The notes under the pieces are model-generated. The model saw only the letters and a program-made list of their open reading frames with translations, was not told the origin of the DNA and made no database searches. Below are positions 9,026 through 17,988 of a stretch of DNA of 64,000 nucleotides, piece by piece. Position 1 is the stretch's first letter. The number at the start of each line of letters is the position of its first letter. The stretch spans positions 2,212 to 66,211 of the forward strand of contig CALNAX010000044.1 in the NCBI GenBank assembly GCA_937874465.1, given 5' to 3'. This stretch comes from an uncultured Bacillales bacterium (lineage in GTDB: Bacteria > Bacillota_I > Bacilli_A > RFN20 > CAG-288). The translations under genes and the position numbers were made by a program.

Positions 9026-9465
9026 TCTCCTTTCTCCATCAGTCTCGCGGTCCGGTTTTGGTCGGACAGGAACTTGTAGATCGAAATGCCTGCCACGCCC
9101 GATATGGGAAGGGAGAAGGCGATGCCTTTGGCCTCTTCCGAAATCCCGAACCGCTCCTCGGCCTTGGCCAGCATCTGGGGTACGGCCTCACTCCTGGCCA
9201 CCGTCAGGATGATGTCCTTCTTGGTGCTGTCGGTACCGAGATATTCCATTATCGAGGCCGGGGGATGGGAGTAGGCATACAGGACCACCGAGAGGGAGGC
9301 GCCCAATTCCCCATAGTTGTCGAGGAAGAAATCGGACTGATGGCGGTTCACGATGGTGATCACCAAGGAGAGGGGATAGGTCTTGGTCCGTTCCTCGTAG
9401 GGCTTGAGGGGCTTGTTCCCGCTTTCGCCGCCTTCGATTCTCCGGTTTTTCAGTTTAGCGAACAT
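9022..9465 (-). CDS. Divergent PII-like protein
   Basis: 'LVITIVNR...KKDIILTV...KGIAFSLPISGVAG'; paralogous to the adjacent PII-like gene, with a 4-bp overlap. Confidence 0.8.
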   Translation of the reverse strand: MFAKLKNRRIEGGESGNKPLKPYEERTKTYPLSLVITIVNRHQSDFFLDNYGELGASLSVVLYAYSHPPASIMEYLGTDSTKKDIILTVARSEAVPQMLAKAEERFGISEEAKGIAFSLPISGVAGISIYKFLSDQNRTARLMEKGE

Positions 9466-11131
9466 CGCCAGTCACCTCCTTGGCAAAGGGCTCACCATTG
9501 ACGAGATGGACCACCTGTTCGTCGTCGGGCTCCCTGATCCGGGAGCGGGTGATCCTGATGGCTATGATGGACTTGATCCGACCATACACGCCCAGGGCCT
9601 CGATGGCCAAAAGCGGCGTGGTGGAGACCAAGCCCAAGATGCCAGAGCCATACTTGACGATGTCGGTGGTGTCGTCGGCCCCGAACACGGCCACGGCCAT
9701 CCCAAGACACATCGGCAAGAGGAAGCAGGAAGTCATGGTGCCCGAGGCGATCCCGGCCGAATCGAAGGCCAAGGCAGTGTAGATCTCAGGCACGAACAAG
9801 GACATCGCCCCGACCAAAAGTATTATGGGAACCATGATGTCCATGATCGGGATTCGATACTTCACCCGCAGGATGCCAAAGAGGACCGCCAGGGCCATGG
9901 CCACGCAGAGGGCGACCATCAACTCCCGAGACCGGATGGAACCGCGGGAGACTTCCTCGACCTGCTTGCCCAAGACATGGACCGCCGGCTCGGCCAGGAT
10001 GAGCAAAAGGCCGATGCCCAGGCACACCAGCGCCACGGCCCAGAAATTTTCCTGGAAATTAGGCGAGCCGAAGGCCAGACCCATCTTCCGGCCGACGGGT
10101 ATCAAGCCGGTATCGGCCGCCAACAGGAAGACGTACAGACCCACGAAGGTATAGGCGAGACCCAAGGCGATCTTTAGCATCTCCTTGTTGCTAAGGTCTT
10201 TAAGGAAGATGAACTTGTAGATTATGAAGAACAACACAAGCGGCGCCATGGAAAGGGTTACGTCCAAAAGTTCGCTAAGGGCGTAACTCGAATACAGTCC
10301 GGGAAGTTGGGAATAGGAATTTATGGCGTTGCCGGCATCTATGCTGTAGGTGAAATCGGGCATTACCTCAGCCATGATCATGATGCTGATGAACGGACCC
10401 AAAGAAGCCATGCCCGAGACGCCAAAGCTATCGTCCTCGGCGTTCTTGCCGCCCTTGGCCTGGGCCACGCCGATGCCAAGGGCCAAGATGAAGGGGGCCG
10501 ATACCGCCCCGGTTGTGGTGCCTACCCCATCCGCCACCACCGGAAACACCGAGTCGTCACTGGCCAAGATCCCCAATCCGAACACGATCATGAAGATCAG
10601 GAATACCAACATCCGGTAATCGACACCCAAGAGGATGCGGACCAAGGCCAAGGCCAACAGCAGGCCTAAGCCCAAAGAGACCACGACCATCATTATCCAT
10701 TTGCCACTCTCCCCGAAAAGCTGAGTGGAGAAAACGGAAAGGTCCGGCTCGGCCAAGGTGACCAAAGTCCCCAACAGGAAAGAGACGATGGCCAAAAGCC
10801 AAACGGACTTCTTCTTGGTGAGCGAAGCCCCGACCAACGCCCCCATCTTGTTCATGGCCTGGTCGGCGCCCATACCAAACAGTGACAGGCCCAAAACCAA
10901 GGGCAGGAAGGCCAAAAGGAAGCAAAGGAGGACCGGGCCGAAAAGATAGGAGACATAGTAGTCGGAATAGAACCCGGACGTAAACACCGAGATGTAGGTC
11001 GAGACGTTGGAGGCGGAGATGTTGGAATCCATCATGAAAAAGCCACTGAAGTTCAGTGCCAAGATCACCAAAAATACCGGGCCTATCGAGAACGCGCTCT
11101 CCTTGACTCGCGACAGCAATTCCTTCGGCAT
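9455..11131 (-). CDS. DUF1538-family membrane protein (two fused domains)
   Basis: Two repeats containing 'TLAEPDL'/'ILAEPAV' and 'DGVGTTTG'/'DSAGIASG'. Start moved to ATG 11131 (MPKELLSRVKES). Confidence 0.85.
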   Translation of the reverse strand: MPKELLSRVKESAFSIGPVFLVILALNFSGFFMMDSNISASNVSTYISVFTSGFYSDYYVSYLFGPVLLCFLLAFLPLVLGLSLFGMGADQAMNKMGALVGASLTKKKSVWLLAIVSFLLGTLVTLAEPDLSVFSTQLFGESGKWIMMVVVSLGLGLLLALALVRILLGVDYRMLVFLIFMIVFGLGILASDDSVFPVVADGVGTTTGAVSAPFILALGIGVAQAKGGKNAEDDSFGVSGMASLGPFISIMIMAEVMPDFTYSIDAGNAINSYSQLPGLYSSYALSELLDVTLSMAPLVLFFIIYKFIFLKDLSNKEMLKIALGLAYTFVGLYVFLLAADTGLIPVGRKMGLAFGSPNFQENFWAVALVCLGIGLLLILAEPAVHVLGKQVEEVSRGSIRSRELMVALCVAMALAVLFGILRVKYRIPIMDIMVPIILLVGAMSLFVPEIYTALAFDSAGIASGTMTSCFLLPMCLGMAVAVFGADDTTDIVKYGSGILGLVSTTPLLAIEALGVYGRIKSIIAIRITRSRIREPDDEQVVHLVNGEPFAKEVTGDVR

Positions 11132-11183
11132 CGCACTCACTCCCTGCCTTCGGCCCCAAAAGTGGCCAAGGCCTTTGACTACC

Positions 11184-11426
11184 CTACTTCTTGTCAGCCA
11201 ACTTGGTCTCGATGGTCTTCTCCAATTCGCCGACCGTCGAGACCCCGACCATCTCGTCTTCGTTGAAGGAGATCCCAAACTCGTCCTCGATCCTTATCAT
11301 GATGTCGGCCTTGTCCAGACTGTCGAGGCCCAGATCCGAGAGCTTCACCTCGGGTGTGACCTTCTGGCCCTTGGTCTTTTCGCCTACCAACTCCTCCAAC
11401 TTGGCATAAATGTCTTTTTCAGTCAT
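11184..11426 (-). CDS. acpP: Acyl carrier protein
   Basis: 80 aa, acidic, with the 'DLGLDSLD' phosphopantetheine site and 'IEDEFGI'. Confidence 0.9.
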   Translation of the reverse strand: MTEKDIYAKLEELVGEKTKGQKVTPEVKLSDLGLDSLDKADIMIRIEDEFGISFNEDEMVGVSTVGELEKTIETKLADKK

Positions 11427-11473
11427 TGATTTTCGTTATCCTCTCACATCGAAATCAGTTTGGATTATACCAT

Positions 11474-12181
11474 CTAGGCCTCTCCGTTAGAATCTCCATC
11501 TTTGCCAAAGTAGCCTTCGAAACGCCTGGGGATGGAAAAAGCATCCTTTTTGAGACCCAAATCCTTGGGGAAGCGCAGCTCATAGGCATTGAGGAAGAGA
11601 CGCTGGGCCCTGATGCCCCCGTATTTGACGTCGCCCAAGACCGGCATGCCCAACTGGGCCAAGGATAGGCGTATCTGGTTCCTCCTTCCGGTAAGGATCG
11701 AGATTTCCAGATAGGCCAGCTTCCCCTTTCTGGCCAGACAGGTCAAGTCCGTCACGCATTCCTTGCCCTGCCCCTTATGGGTCACGAAGACCCGATGGAA
11801 CCGGTCTTGGTCAAGGTAGATGACAAGACGGCGCCTCTCGCCCACCCTGATGGCGTTACCGACAGCCACGGCCTCATACTTTCGCTCCACCGAGCCATCC
11901 TCGAAGCAGGCCTGGAGTTCATATTTCGTCCTGAGGTTCTTGGCGAAGACCAAAAGGCCGGAAGTGTCCCGGTCCAGGCGATGGACGACGAAAAGGTGGC
12001 TGTCCCTCTCCCGCTCCTCCCTGACATAGTCGTAAAGCAGGGAGTAGAGGTTGGCATGGCCAGCCTCATCCCTTATGGTCAAAAGGCCAAATGGTTTGTC
12101 CACGACCAGGATGTCATGGTCTTCGTAGACCACGAAAACCTTTGGATCAGCCACGTTGAAAGGCTGATGACGATGGCTCAT
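11474..12181 (-). CDS. RluA-family pseudouridine synthase
   Basis: 'VVDKPFGL', catalytic 'VHRLDRDTSG', 'TGRRNQIR' and 'PVLGDVKYG'. Confidence 0.93.
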   Translation of the reverse strand: MSHRHQPFNVADPKVFVVYEDHDILVVDKPFGLLTIRDEAGHANLYSLLYDYVREERERDSHLFVVHRLDRDTSGLLVFAKNLRTKYELQACFEDGSVERKYEAVAVGNAIRVGERRRLVIYLDQDRFHRVFVTHKGQGKECVTDLTCLARKGKLAYLEISILTGRRNQIRLSLAQLGMPVLGDVKYGGIRAQRLFLNAYELRFPKDLGLKKDAFSIPRRFEGYFGKDGDSNGEA

Positions 12182-13665
12182 ATCCGCTTGGTCTTGGTGG
12201 CGATTTGAGCCAGCTTGTCGCTGGCACCACCCTTGTCGTAATCCTGATGGATCCTGAATTGCCAGTTGGTCCCACCCAAGGTAGCCGGGGTATTAAGGCG
12301 GGCATAGTCGTCATAGCCCAATACGTCGGCCATCTGGTAGATGACGAGATCGGCTTTGCTTTCGGCCAACTGCCAGATCATCGTCTCGTAGAAGGAATTG
12401 GGATTGGAAGTGCCCAACACCTGTCCCATGAAGGGATAGAGATTGGGGTGATTGGCGATGAAGCCCTTTAGGGTCTGGTTGTCGTGGGTCCCGATGTAGG
12501 CCACGCTATTGGGTTCGTAATTGGCGGGAAGGTCATGGTTAGACGGATCCTTGCTGTCGAAGCCGAATTCGAAGATGTGCATGCCGGGCCATTGGCTATA
12601 GGCCTTGAGCCGGTAGACGGAATCGTCAAGGGCACCCAGGTCCTCGGCCACGATCTGCATGTCCTTGGCCGCTTCCTTGATGGCGTCGACAAGCTTGGTC
12701 CCCGGACCGATCTCCCAATGGCCGGGTGTGGCATCCTTGCTGGGGAAAGGAATCGCCCAATAGTCGGCCATGCCCCGGAAGTGATCGATCCTAAGGACAT
12801 CGTAGATGTTGCTGGCGTTCCTCACACGATCCTTCCACCACCTGAAACCGTCTTTCTCCATCCTCTTGTAGTCGTAGATGGGATTGCCCCAGAGCTGACC
12901 GGTAGCCGAGAAGTAGTCGGGCGGGACCCCGGCCACCCAGACGGGCTTCTTGTCGATGCCCAACTGGAACTGATCGGGATTGGACCAGACATCGGCCGAA
13001 TCCAAGGCGGCGTAGATGGGGATGTCGCCGATTATCCTTACGCCCTTGCTATGGGCATAGGCCTTGAGTTCCCCATATTGCCTATAGGCCTCGAACTGGA
13101 GGAAGCGATAGAAGTCCAGGGCTTCCTGGTTGCTGTCGATGAAGTTCTTGACCCAGGGAGACTTGGAGTCCTTGGCCAAGGTAGGCCATTCCTGGAAGGA
13201 CTTTCCCTTGAAGTAGTCCTTCAGCACCATGAAGGCCGCATAACCCTCCAGCCAATAAGACTCTTCCTCGACGAACTTCAGGAGGGCCGGGGAACGATCA
13301 AGGCCGCCCTCGACGAAACGGGAGAAGGCCTTGCGCAATACCGGATACCGGTTGAAATAGACCCAGCCATAGTCGATCCGATCCTTGAAGGGGACAGTGA
13401 CCGGCTCCAAATCCAAGGCAGTCAGAAGTCCCTCCTCCTCAAGCTTGTCCAAGTCGATGAAATAGGGGTTTAGGGCAAAGGCGGAGAAGGACTGATAGGG
13501 CGAATCGCCATAGGAGGTCGGATTCAGGGGCAGCATCTGCCAATAGGCCTGCTTTCCGGCGGCCAGGAAATCGACGAAGCGAAAGGCCTCCTTGCCGAAC
13601 GTCCCGATCCCATAGGGGCTAGGCAGTGAGAATACCGGCAGCAAAACACCCATTTTTCTTTCCAT
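12178..13665 (-). CDS. malQ: 4-alpha-glucanotransferase (GH77 amylomaltase)
   Basis: 'WQMLPLNP...DSPYQSFSAFA', 'GVPPDYFSATGQLWGNP', 'RIDHFRG', 'AEDLG' and 'GTHDN'. Confidence 0.96.
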   Translation of the reverse strand: MERKMGVLLPVFSLPSPYGIGTFGKEAFRFVDFLAAGKQAYWQMLPLNPTSYGDSPYQSFSAFALNPYFIDLDKLEEEGLLTALDLEPVTVPFKDRIDYGWVYFNRYPVLRKAFSRFVEGGLDRSPALLKFVEEESYWLEGYAAFMVLKDYFKGKSFQEWPTLAKDSKSPWVKNFIDSNQEALDFYRFLQFEAYRQYGELKAYAHSKGVRIIGDIPIYAALDSADVWSNPDQFQLGIDKKPVWVAGVPPDYFSATGQLWGNPIYDYKRMEKDGFRWWKDRVRNASNIYDVLRIDHFRGMADYWAIPFPSKDATPGHWEIGPGTKLVDAIKEAAKDMQIVAEDLGALDDSVYRLKAYSQWPGMHIFEFGFDSKDPSNHDLPANYEPNSVAYIGTHDNQTLKGFIANHPNLYPFMGQVLGTSNPNSFYETMIWQLAESKADLVIYQMADVLGYDDYARLNTPATLGGTNWQFRIHQDYDKGGASDKLAQIATKTKRI

Positions 13666-13786
13666 ATAAGTATTGTTTTCCTTGATTGGTTACTTAAATA
13701 ATATAACCCATCGAAGACCCTTCGGGGAATCGCGGGCGAAACAAAAAGGTCCGGGATAGCCCGAACCTTTCGTAAGCCCAAAGGCC

Positions 13787-14308
13787 TTAGGCCTTCCTGA
13801 TGACTTCCTTGGCCCACTCACCGGCCTTGGCAATCTCCTCGGCGGTAGGATGGCCCTCGTCCTGCTTGTAGAACTTCTCGAAGTTAGGGAAGTGGAAATC
13901 GACCTTGGGATCCCAATTGGAGGCTTTGCCCTTCTCCACGAACTGCTGGCCGATGCGGCCCACAGTGATGTAGAAGCCCAAGACGGTGTTGGAAGGATCG
14001 ACAAGGCTCAAGACGTTCTTCTTGACCAAGTCGAAGTGGCCGTCGGCCTCGTTGCCTAAACCGCAAGAGCCGAACAGGGCGATCTTCTTGTTCTTCAGAG
14101 AACCAAGGAGCGCGGCGATGGTGGCATCGGCGGAGTTCTTGGTGGTCCAGAAGCCGACGAATATCACGTCGGCATCCTTGAACACCTCGGGTGCCAAGGC
14201 CAACTTGCCATCGTAGAGGAGACCATCGGGTCCCAAAGAAGAGACAATGGCGCTTGAAAGCTTGACGGCATTGTCGGTGTGGGTCGAATAAACCACGGAA
14301 TAGGACAT
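13787..14308 (-). CDS. Flavodoxin-family protein
   Basis: 'VVYSTHTDNAVKL', 'IFVGFWT', 'KIALFGSCG' and C-terminal 'HPT..EI'. Confidence 0.85.
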   Translation of the reverse strand: MSYSVVYSTHTDNAVKLSSAIVSSLGPDGLLYDGKLALAPEVFKDADVIFVGFWTTKNSADATIAALLGSLKNKKIALFGSCGLGNEADGHFDLVKKNVLSLVDPSNTVLGFYITVGRIGQQFVEKGKASNWDPKVDFHFPNFEKFYKQDEGHPTAEEIAKAGEWAKEVIRKA

Positions 14309-14379
14309 ATTTTCAATCCTCCCTCTTTCGCTTTGATTTTACACATCCAGGAGGGGACCTGTGAATCATTTGCTTCCGA

Positions 14380-15381
14380 TCATTTGGTAGCGGAAGAGGG
14401 TTTTGGCAACCCCGCCAGCACTTCCTTCTTGAACCGCTCCGGCCCGAGGGCCACGAACAGGAACTGGTCGGAAGATAGAAGATCGCATTTCTTGAGGAAA
14501 TCCGCCATCATGTACATGAAGCAGACCAATACGGCCAGCCGCTCGTCAAAACCCAAGCCGATGGCGACCATGCCCAGGCCATAGATGTCTTGGGCGGTGT
14601 AGTCCAACGGCCAGCCGGAATCGATTTGGTCAAAGCTTGTAAGGAAGCCGAAGCGGGCCGAGTCTTCCCTCTGGTCCTTGGGCCTGAGGCTGACATAGAT
14701 GTCCTTCCCCTGTTCGTCCACGTCCAGCTCTTCGCCTCTGTCGATCTCGAAGGCCTTGGAGTGATAGTCCAGCCTTATGGCATCCTGGCTATCGGGGAAG
14801 AGCAAGGCAAAGCCATTGCGGTCGGCCTTGATGTAAGGATAATGGCCTTGGTCGTCGGAAAAGCGCCAGACCCCGTTCTCCTTGTCCAAGACGATCGAGT
14901 ATTCCTGATCCGGGTGTTCGCCATAGACGTATATGTCCCCATCGGCGAAATAGCCGACCAGTCTCCTTATCTTGGTGGCCACGAAGCCATCGATTTTGCC
15001 ACTGGAGGCCGGCAAGCGGTAGAAGACGTTGTCCTTGCCGACCACGCTGGCGAAATAGGACTCGAATTCCCTTACCTTGGCGCCCACTTCCCCCCTGACA
15101 GCGAATCCCGCCTTGAATCCCGAAGTCTCCCTGTCCAAGACCAACCGGTCATAGAAGTCCTGGCAGGTATAGTAAAGGTAATTGAAATAGGCGAAATCCC
15201 CAAGCCTTTCCGTTTCCCTTATCCGGTTCTCGATGGCCTGATAGAGGTCCTCCTTGGTAAGGTCAATCACCTTGTCCAAGGGGAGGCCCAAGACGTTTAG
15301 GATGTGGCGTGCGAGCTGGCCGAATTCCTCATCGGTATAGTCCAGGGGACCGAATTGGCTTCTTTCGCTGTTCTCTTCCAT
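14380..15381 (-). CDS. Hypothetical protein
   Basis: 333-aa ORF with an AAGGAGG RBS and host-like codon usage; no motif recognised. Confidence 0.8.
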   Translation of the reverse strand: MEENSERSQFGPLDYTDEEFGQLARHILNVLGLPLDKVIDLTKEDLYQAIENRIRETERLGDFAYFNYLYYTCQDFYDRLVLDRETSGFKAGFAVRGEVGAKVREFESYFASVVGKDNVFYRLPASSGKIDGFVATKIRRLVGYFADGDIYVYGEHPDQEYSIVLDKENGVWRFSDDQGHYPYIKADRNGFALLFPDSQDAIRLDYHSKAFEIDRGEELDVDEQGKDIYVSLRPKDQREDSARFGFLTSFDQIDSGWPLDYTAQDIYGLGMVAIGLGFDERLAVLVCFMYMMADFLKKCDLLSSDQFLFVALGPERFKKEVLAGLPKPSSATK

Positions 15382-15463
15382 GGCCGCGCCTCCTTTTGGG
15401 TCTATCGCAGATCCTCACCTCTATATTCTTATGGCTGAGCGGGAAGTAGTATAGGACAACATG

Positions 15464-15492
15464 TTGACACCGGACCACCCAGAGGGTATACT
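15464..15492 (+). promoter_or_regulatory. SigA-type promoter of infC-rpmI-rplT
   Basis: TTGACA-N17-TATACT. Confidence 0.85.
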
Positions 15493-15504
15493 TTCGCTTT
15501 GTCG

Positions 15505-15630
15505 GTAGACTTAGGAAAGAAGAGCACCCGCTCTCGCCCGATGGACAATGCCCATGGGCCAAATGCCTGAATGTCGGATAACGATGTTCATCAAGTGGCG
15601 GGTGTGCGTAAGCGCATCCGCCTTTTCCTT
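15505..15630 (+). promoter_or_regulatory. L20 leader (ribosomal protein attenuator)
   Basis: 'AGAAGAGCACCCGCTCTC' resembles the Bacillota L20 leader. GCACCCGC can pair with GCGGGTGT, the 5' arm of the terminator GGCGGGTGTGC-GTAA-GCGCATCCGCC-TTTT. Confidence 0.8.
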
Positions 15631-15667
15631 TGCGTAGCCGACCAAAGTACATGAGGAGGATTTAGCC

Positions 15668-16216
15668 ATAAGTTACTTTGGAAAGATGGAACGGCCGTGG
15701 GTAAAGCGACCGCTCGTCAACGAATACATCCCCTATAGGTTCAAGAACGTCAGGGTCATAAGGCCCGATGGCACTTCCAGCATCGTCTCGCGTGACGAGG
15801 CCTTGCGGGAAGCGGAGCAGTTGGGCCTAGACCTTTACTGCGTGAGCCCTGATGCTTTCCCGCCCGTCTGCAAGATCCTCAACTTCGGTAAGTTCCAGTT
15901 CGAGCAGAAGAAGAAGGAGAAGGAGATCCAGAAGAACCACAAGGACTCCGAGCTGAAGGAGATACGCTTCACCCCGCTCACCAGCAAACACGATCTTGCC
16001 ACCAAGGCCAGCCAGGCCGCAAAGTTCCTGGACAAGGGCAACAAGGTCAAGGTCTCCCTGTTCGTCAAGGGCCGCATGATCACCAAGATGGATACGGCCG
16101 ACCAGACCCTTGACTACTTCCTTGACCTGATCAAGGACCATGGGTTCGTCGAGAAGAAGCCGACGCTTGAGGGAAAGTATTATTTCTGCTACGTTTCCCC
16201 CAAGTCGACCAAGTAG
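15668..16216 (+). CDS. infC: Translation initiation factor IF-3, probable ATA start
   Basis: 'VNEYI...PPVCKILNFGKFQFEQKKKEKE...ELKEIRF...GNKVKV'. GAGGAGG lies 8 nt before an in-frame ATA at 15668. Confidence 0.95.
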   Translation: MSYFGKMERPWVKRPLVNEYIPYRFKNVRVIRPDGTSSIVSRDEALREAEQLGLDLYCVSPDAFPPVCKILNFGKFQFEQKKKEKEIQKNHKDSELKEIRFTPLTSKHDLATKASQAAKFLDKGNKVKVSLFVKGRMITKMDTADQTLDYFLDLIKDHGFVEKKPTLEGKYYFCYVSPKSTK

Positions 16217-16253
16217 TCAGTAGCACCTACACACAAGGAGTACCTATAGCACT

Positions 16254-16454
16254 ATGGCAAAAGTCAAATACAAGACCAAGAGGGCCGTCGCCAAGAGGTT
16301 CCGCATCACCGCTTCCGGCAAGGTCAAGAAGAACAACCAGAATACCAGCCACTTGTTCCTTTCGAAGACCAAGAGGCAGAAGAGGAACCTGCGCAAGGCT
16401 CGTTACCTCAACGCCACCGATGGCAAGACCATCAAGAAGTTGATCAGCTTCTAA
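16254..16454 (+). CDS. rpmI: 50S ribosomal protein L35
   Basis: 'KTKRAVAKRFRITASGKVK...SHLF..KTKRQKRNLRK'. Confidence 0.97.
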   Translation: MAKVKYKTKRAVAKRFRITASGKVKKNNQNTSHLFLSKTKRQKRNLRKARYLNATDGKTIKKLISF

Positions 16455-16473
16455 CCGGAGGATATAGAGAAAA

Positions 16474-16947
16474 ATGAGAGTTAAACGCGGTTACGTCCTG
16501 CGTCGCAGGCACAATAGGGTACTGAAGCTTTCCAAGGGCTACTTCGGCTCCCACGCCATTATCTGGAAGACAGCCCATCAGGCCGTAATAAAGGCGCTTC
16601 GTAACGCCATGGTCGGCCGTCGGGACAAGAAGAACGACTACCGCAAGCTTTGGATATCACGCATATCCGCCGCTTGCAAGGCCAACGACACCTCCTACAG
16701 CAAGTTCATGCATGGCCTAAACCTCGCCAAGGTCAACCTCAACAGGAAGATGCTTTCCGAGATCGCCGTCAATGATCCCGAACAGTTCAAGAGCCTGGTA
16801 GACTTGGCCAACAAGGCTTCAAAGGCCGCTTCGGTGGTATCCGTCTCTGCCGCCGAGGTTACCAAGGTCGCGCCCAAGGCCGGTGTCGTCGCTCCCGTCA
16901 AGACCGTCAAGGTCGAGAAGGCTGCCCCCGTCACCATCGCCAAGTAA
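16474..16947 (+). CDS. rplT: 50S ribosomal protein L20 with a C-terminal extension
   Basis: 'MRVKRG...KGYFG...RKLWISRISAA...SYSKFMHGL...LNRKMLSEIAVND'. Confidence 0.97.
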   Translation: MRVKRGYVLRRRHNRVLKLSKGYFGSHAIIWKTAHQAVIKALRNAMVGRRDKKNDYRKLWISRISAACKANDTSYSKFMHGLNLAKVNLNRKMLSEIAVNDPEQFKSLVDLANKASKAASVVSVSAAEVTKVAPKAGVVAPVKTVKVEKAAPVTIAK

Positions 16948-16956
16948 CAATCGTCG

Positions 16957-16989
16957 AAAAAGAAAAGGAGGCCAAAGCCTCCTTTTTTT
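16957..16989. terminator. Bidirectional intrinsic terminator
   Basis: AAAAGGAGGC-CAAA-GCCTCCTTTTTTT. Confidence 0.85.
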
Positions 16990-17012
16990 CGTGCAACCAA
17001 ATACGAGGAAAA

Positions 17013-17888
17013 TCAAAACAGGGCCGATACGCCAAGGCCGACAAGGACCAAAGAGCCCAATATGTTGGACCAAAAGCGTAGTCTGGAACCGACCATCTTC
17101 CCCAAGAACCCACCGCAGAGGCTCATGGCGAAGACGACCGTGCCAATTATGGCAAAGCAGGTCAAGGCCGAGGCGTCGTCATAGGTAGTCGAATAGGAGA
17201 AGCCGATGGCCAAGGCATCCAGGGAGGTGGCGAAGGCCTGGATGGCGACATTGCCAAAGAACCTCCTTTCTTCCCGCCCGGTCCGGTCCTGGTCGGGATT
17301 CCTCAAGTCCTTCAGCTTTTGGGGCGTGAGGCTTTTGGCCTGATGGCCCAGATATATGGAAACGCCATTGGCCTTGTCCACATTGCCCTCGCATAGACGA
17401 TCGATCAATTCACGGTCCTTCCTCTTAAGCCGCCACGATTCATAGGCCAGCCGCCTCTTTATCTTCCAGGCGCCAAGGCCCTGGGAACCCATTTTTAGGA
17501 TGTATGACTCCCCGTCGAAGCCAACCGAATTCGAGAGGTTTTCCATCCTGGCGACATGGAGATCCAACAGTTGCTCCCCGATTCCCTTTACTCCCAAGAA
17601 AACCAGGATGCCAAAGGTGATCCACTTGGCATAGCTTTCCAAAAAGACCCTGAACGGCTGCCCGACGTAATAACCGACGGTCGGCATCAGGAAGTGGAAG
17701 GAGGCAAAGACCAAGGCCAAAAAGACGACCATGACCTTGGTCGTCTTTCCCTTGAGTCCCCTGGCGCCATCCACGGCCGAAGCGCAGAATGAGTCCACGC
17801 TCAAGGCCAACCCCGTAACCACGGCCAGCAACACGATTTGGTAATCTATCGGCCAAACAACCTGACCCGCTAGTGCCATCCCCATCAC
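17013..17888 (-). CDS. mntP: MntP-family (DUF204) manganese efflux pump with a long central insertion
   Basis: 'LALSVDSFCAS...G', 'FHFLMPTVGY', 'ATSLDALAIG' and 'ILGSLVLVGLG'. Confidence 0.8.
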   Translation of the reverse strand: MMGMALAGQVVWPIDYQIVLLAVVTGLALSVDSFCASAVDGARGLKGKTTKVMVVFLALVFASFHFLMPTVGYYVGQPFRVFLESYAKWITFGILVFLGVKGIGEQLLDLHVARMENLSNSVGFDGESYILKMGSQGLGAWKIKRRLAYESWRLKRKDRELIDRLCEGNVDKANGVSIYLGHQAKSLTPQKLKDLRNPDQDRTGREERRFFGNVAIQAFATSLDALAIGFSYSTTYDDASALTCFAIIGTVVFAMSLCGGFLGKMVGSRLRFWSNILGSLVLVGLGVSALF

Positions 17889-17988
17889 CTCTTAGCATTG
17901 CGATTATAGCAATACTCAAAAGAATATGTAAATGGCTGGTCTTATTCTCATTGACAACTTATTGAATTGAAATAGATATTCATTTTCT

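Noticed and set aside
11474-12181. RluA-family gene as the tRNA C-to-pseudouridine editing enzyme
   Set aside because: At 235 aa it is a bare catalytic domain with no cytidine-deaminase domain such as TrcP has.
12484-13473. Long antisense ORFs (also 37680..38687, 42702..43919, 50322..51611, 52355..53653, 58211..59347)
   Set aside because: These are shadow ORFs opposite well-supported genes, expected from strong G/C third-position bias; they show no recognisable protein motifs.
16254-16947. Arg-codon reassignment (AGG to Met or CGG to Trp, reported in some uncultured Bacilli)
   Set aside because: AGG falls at conserved Arg residues of L35 (KTKR, AKRF) and CGG at a conserved Arg of L20 (GRR), so the standard code fits.
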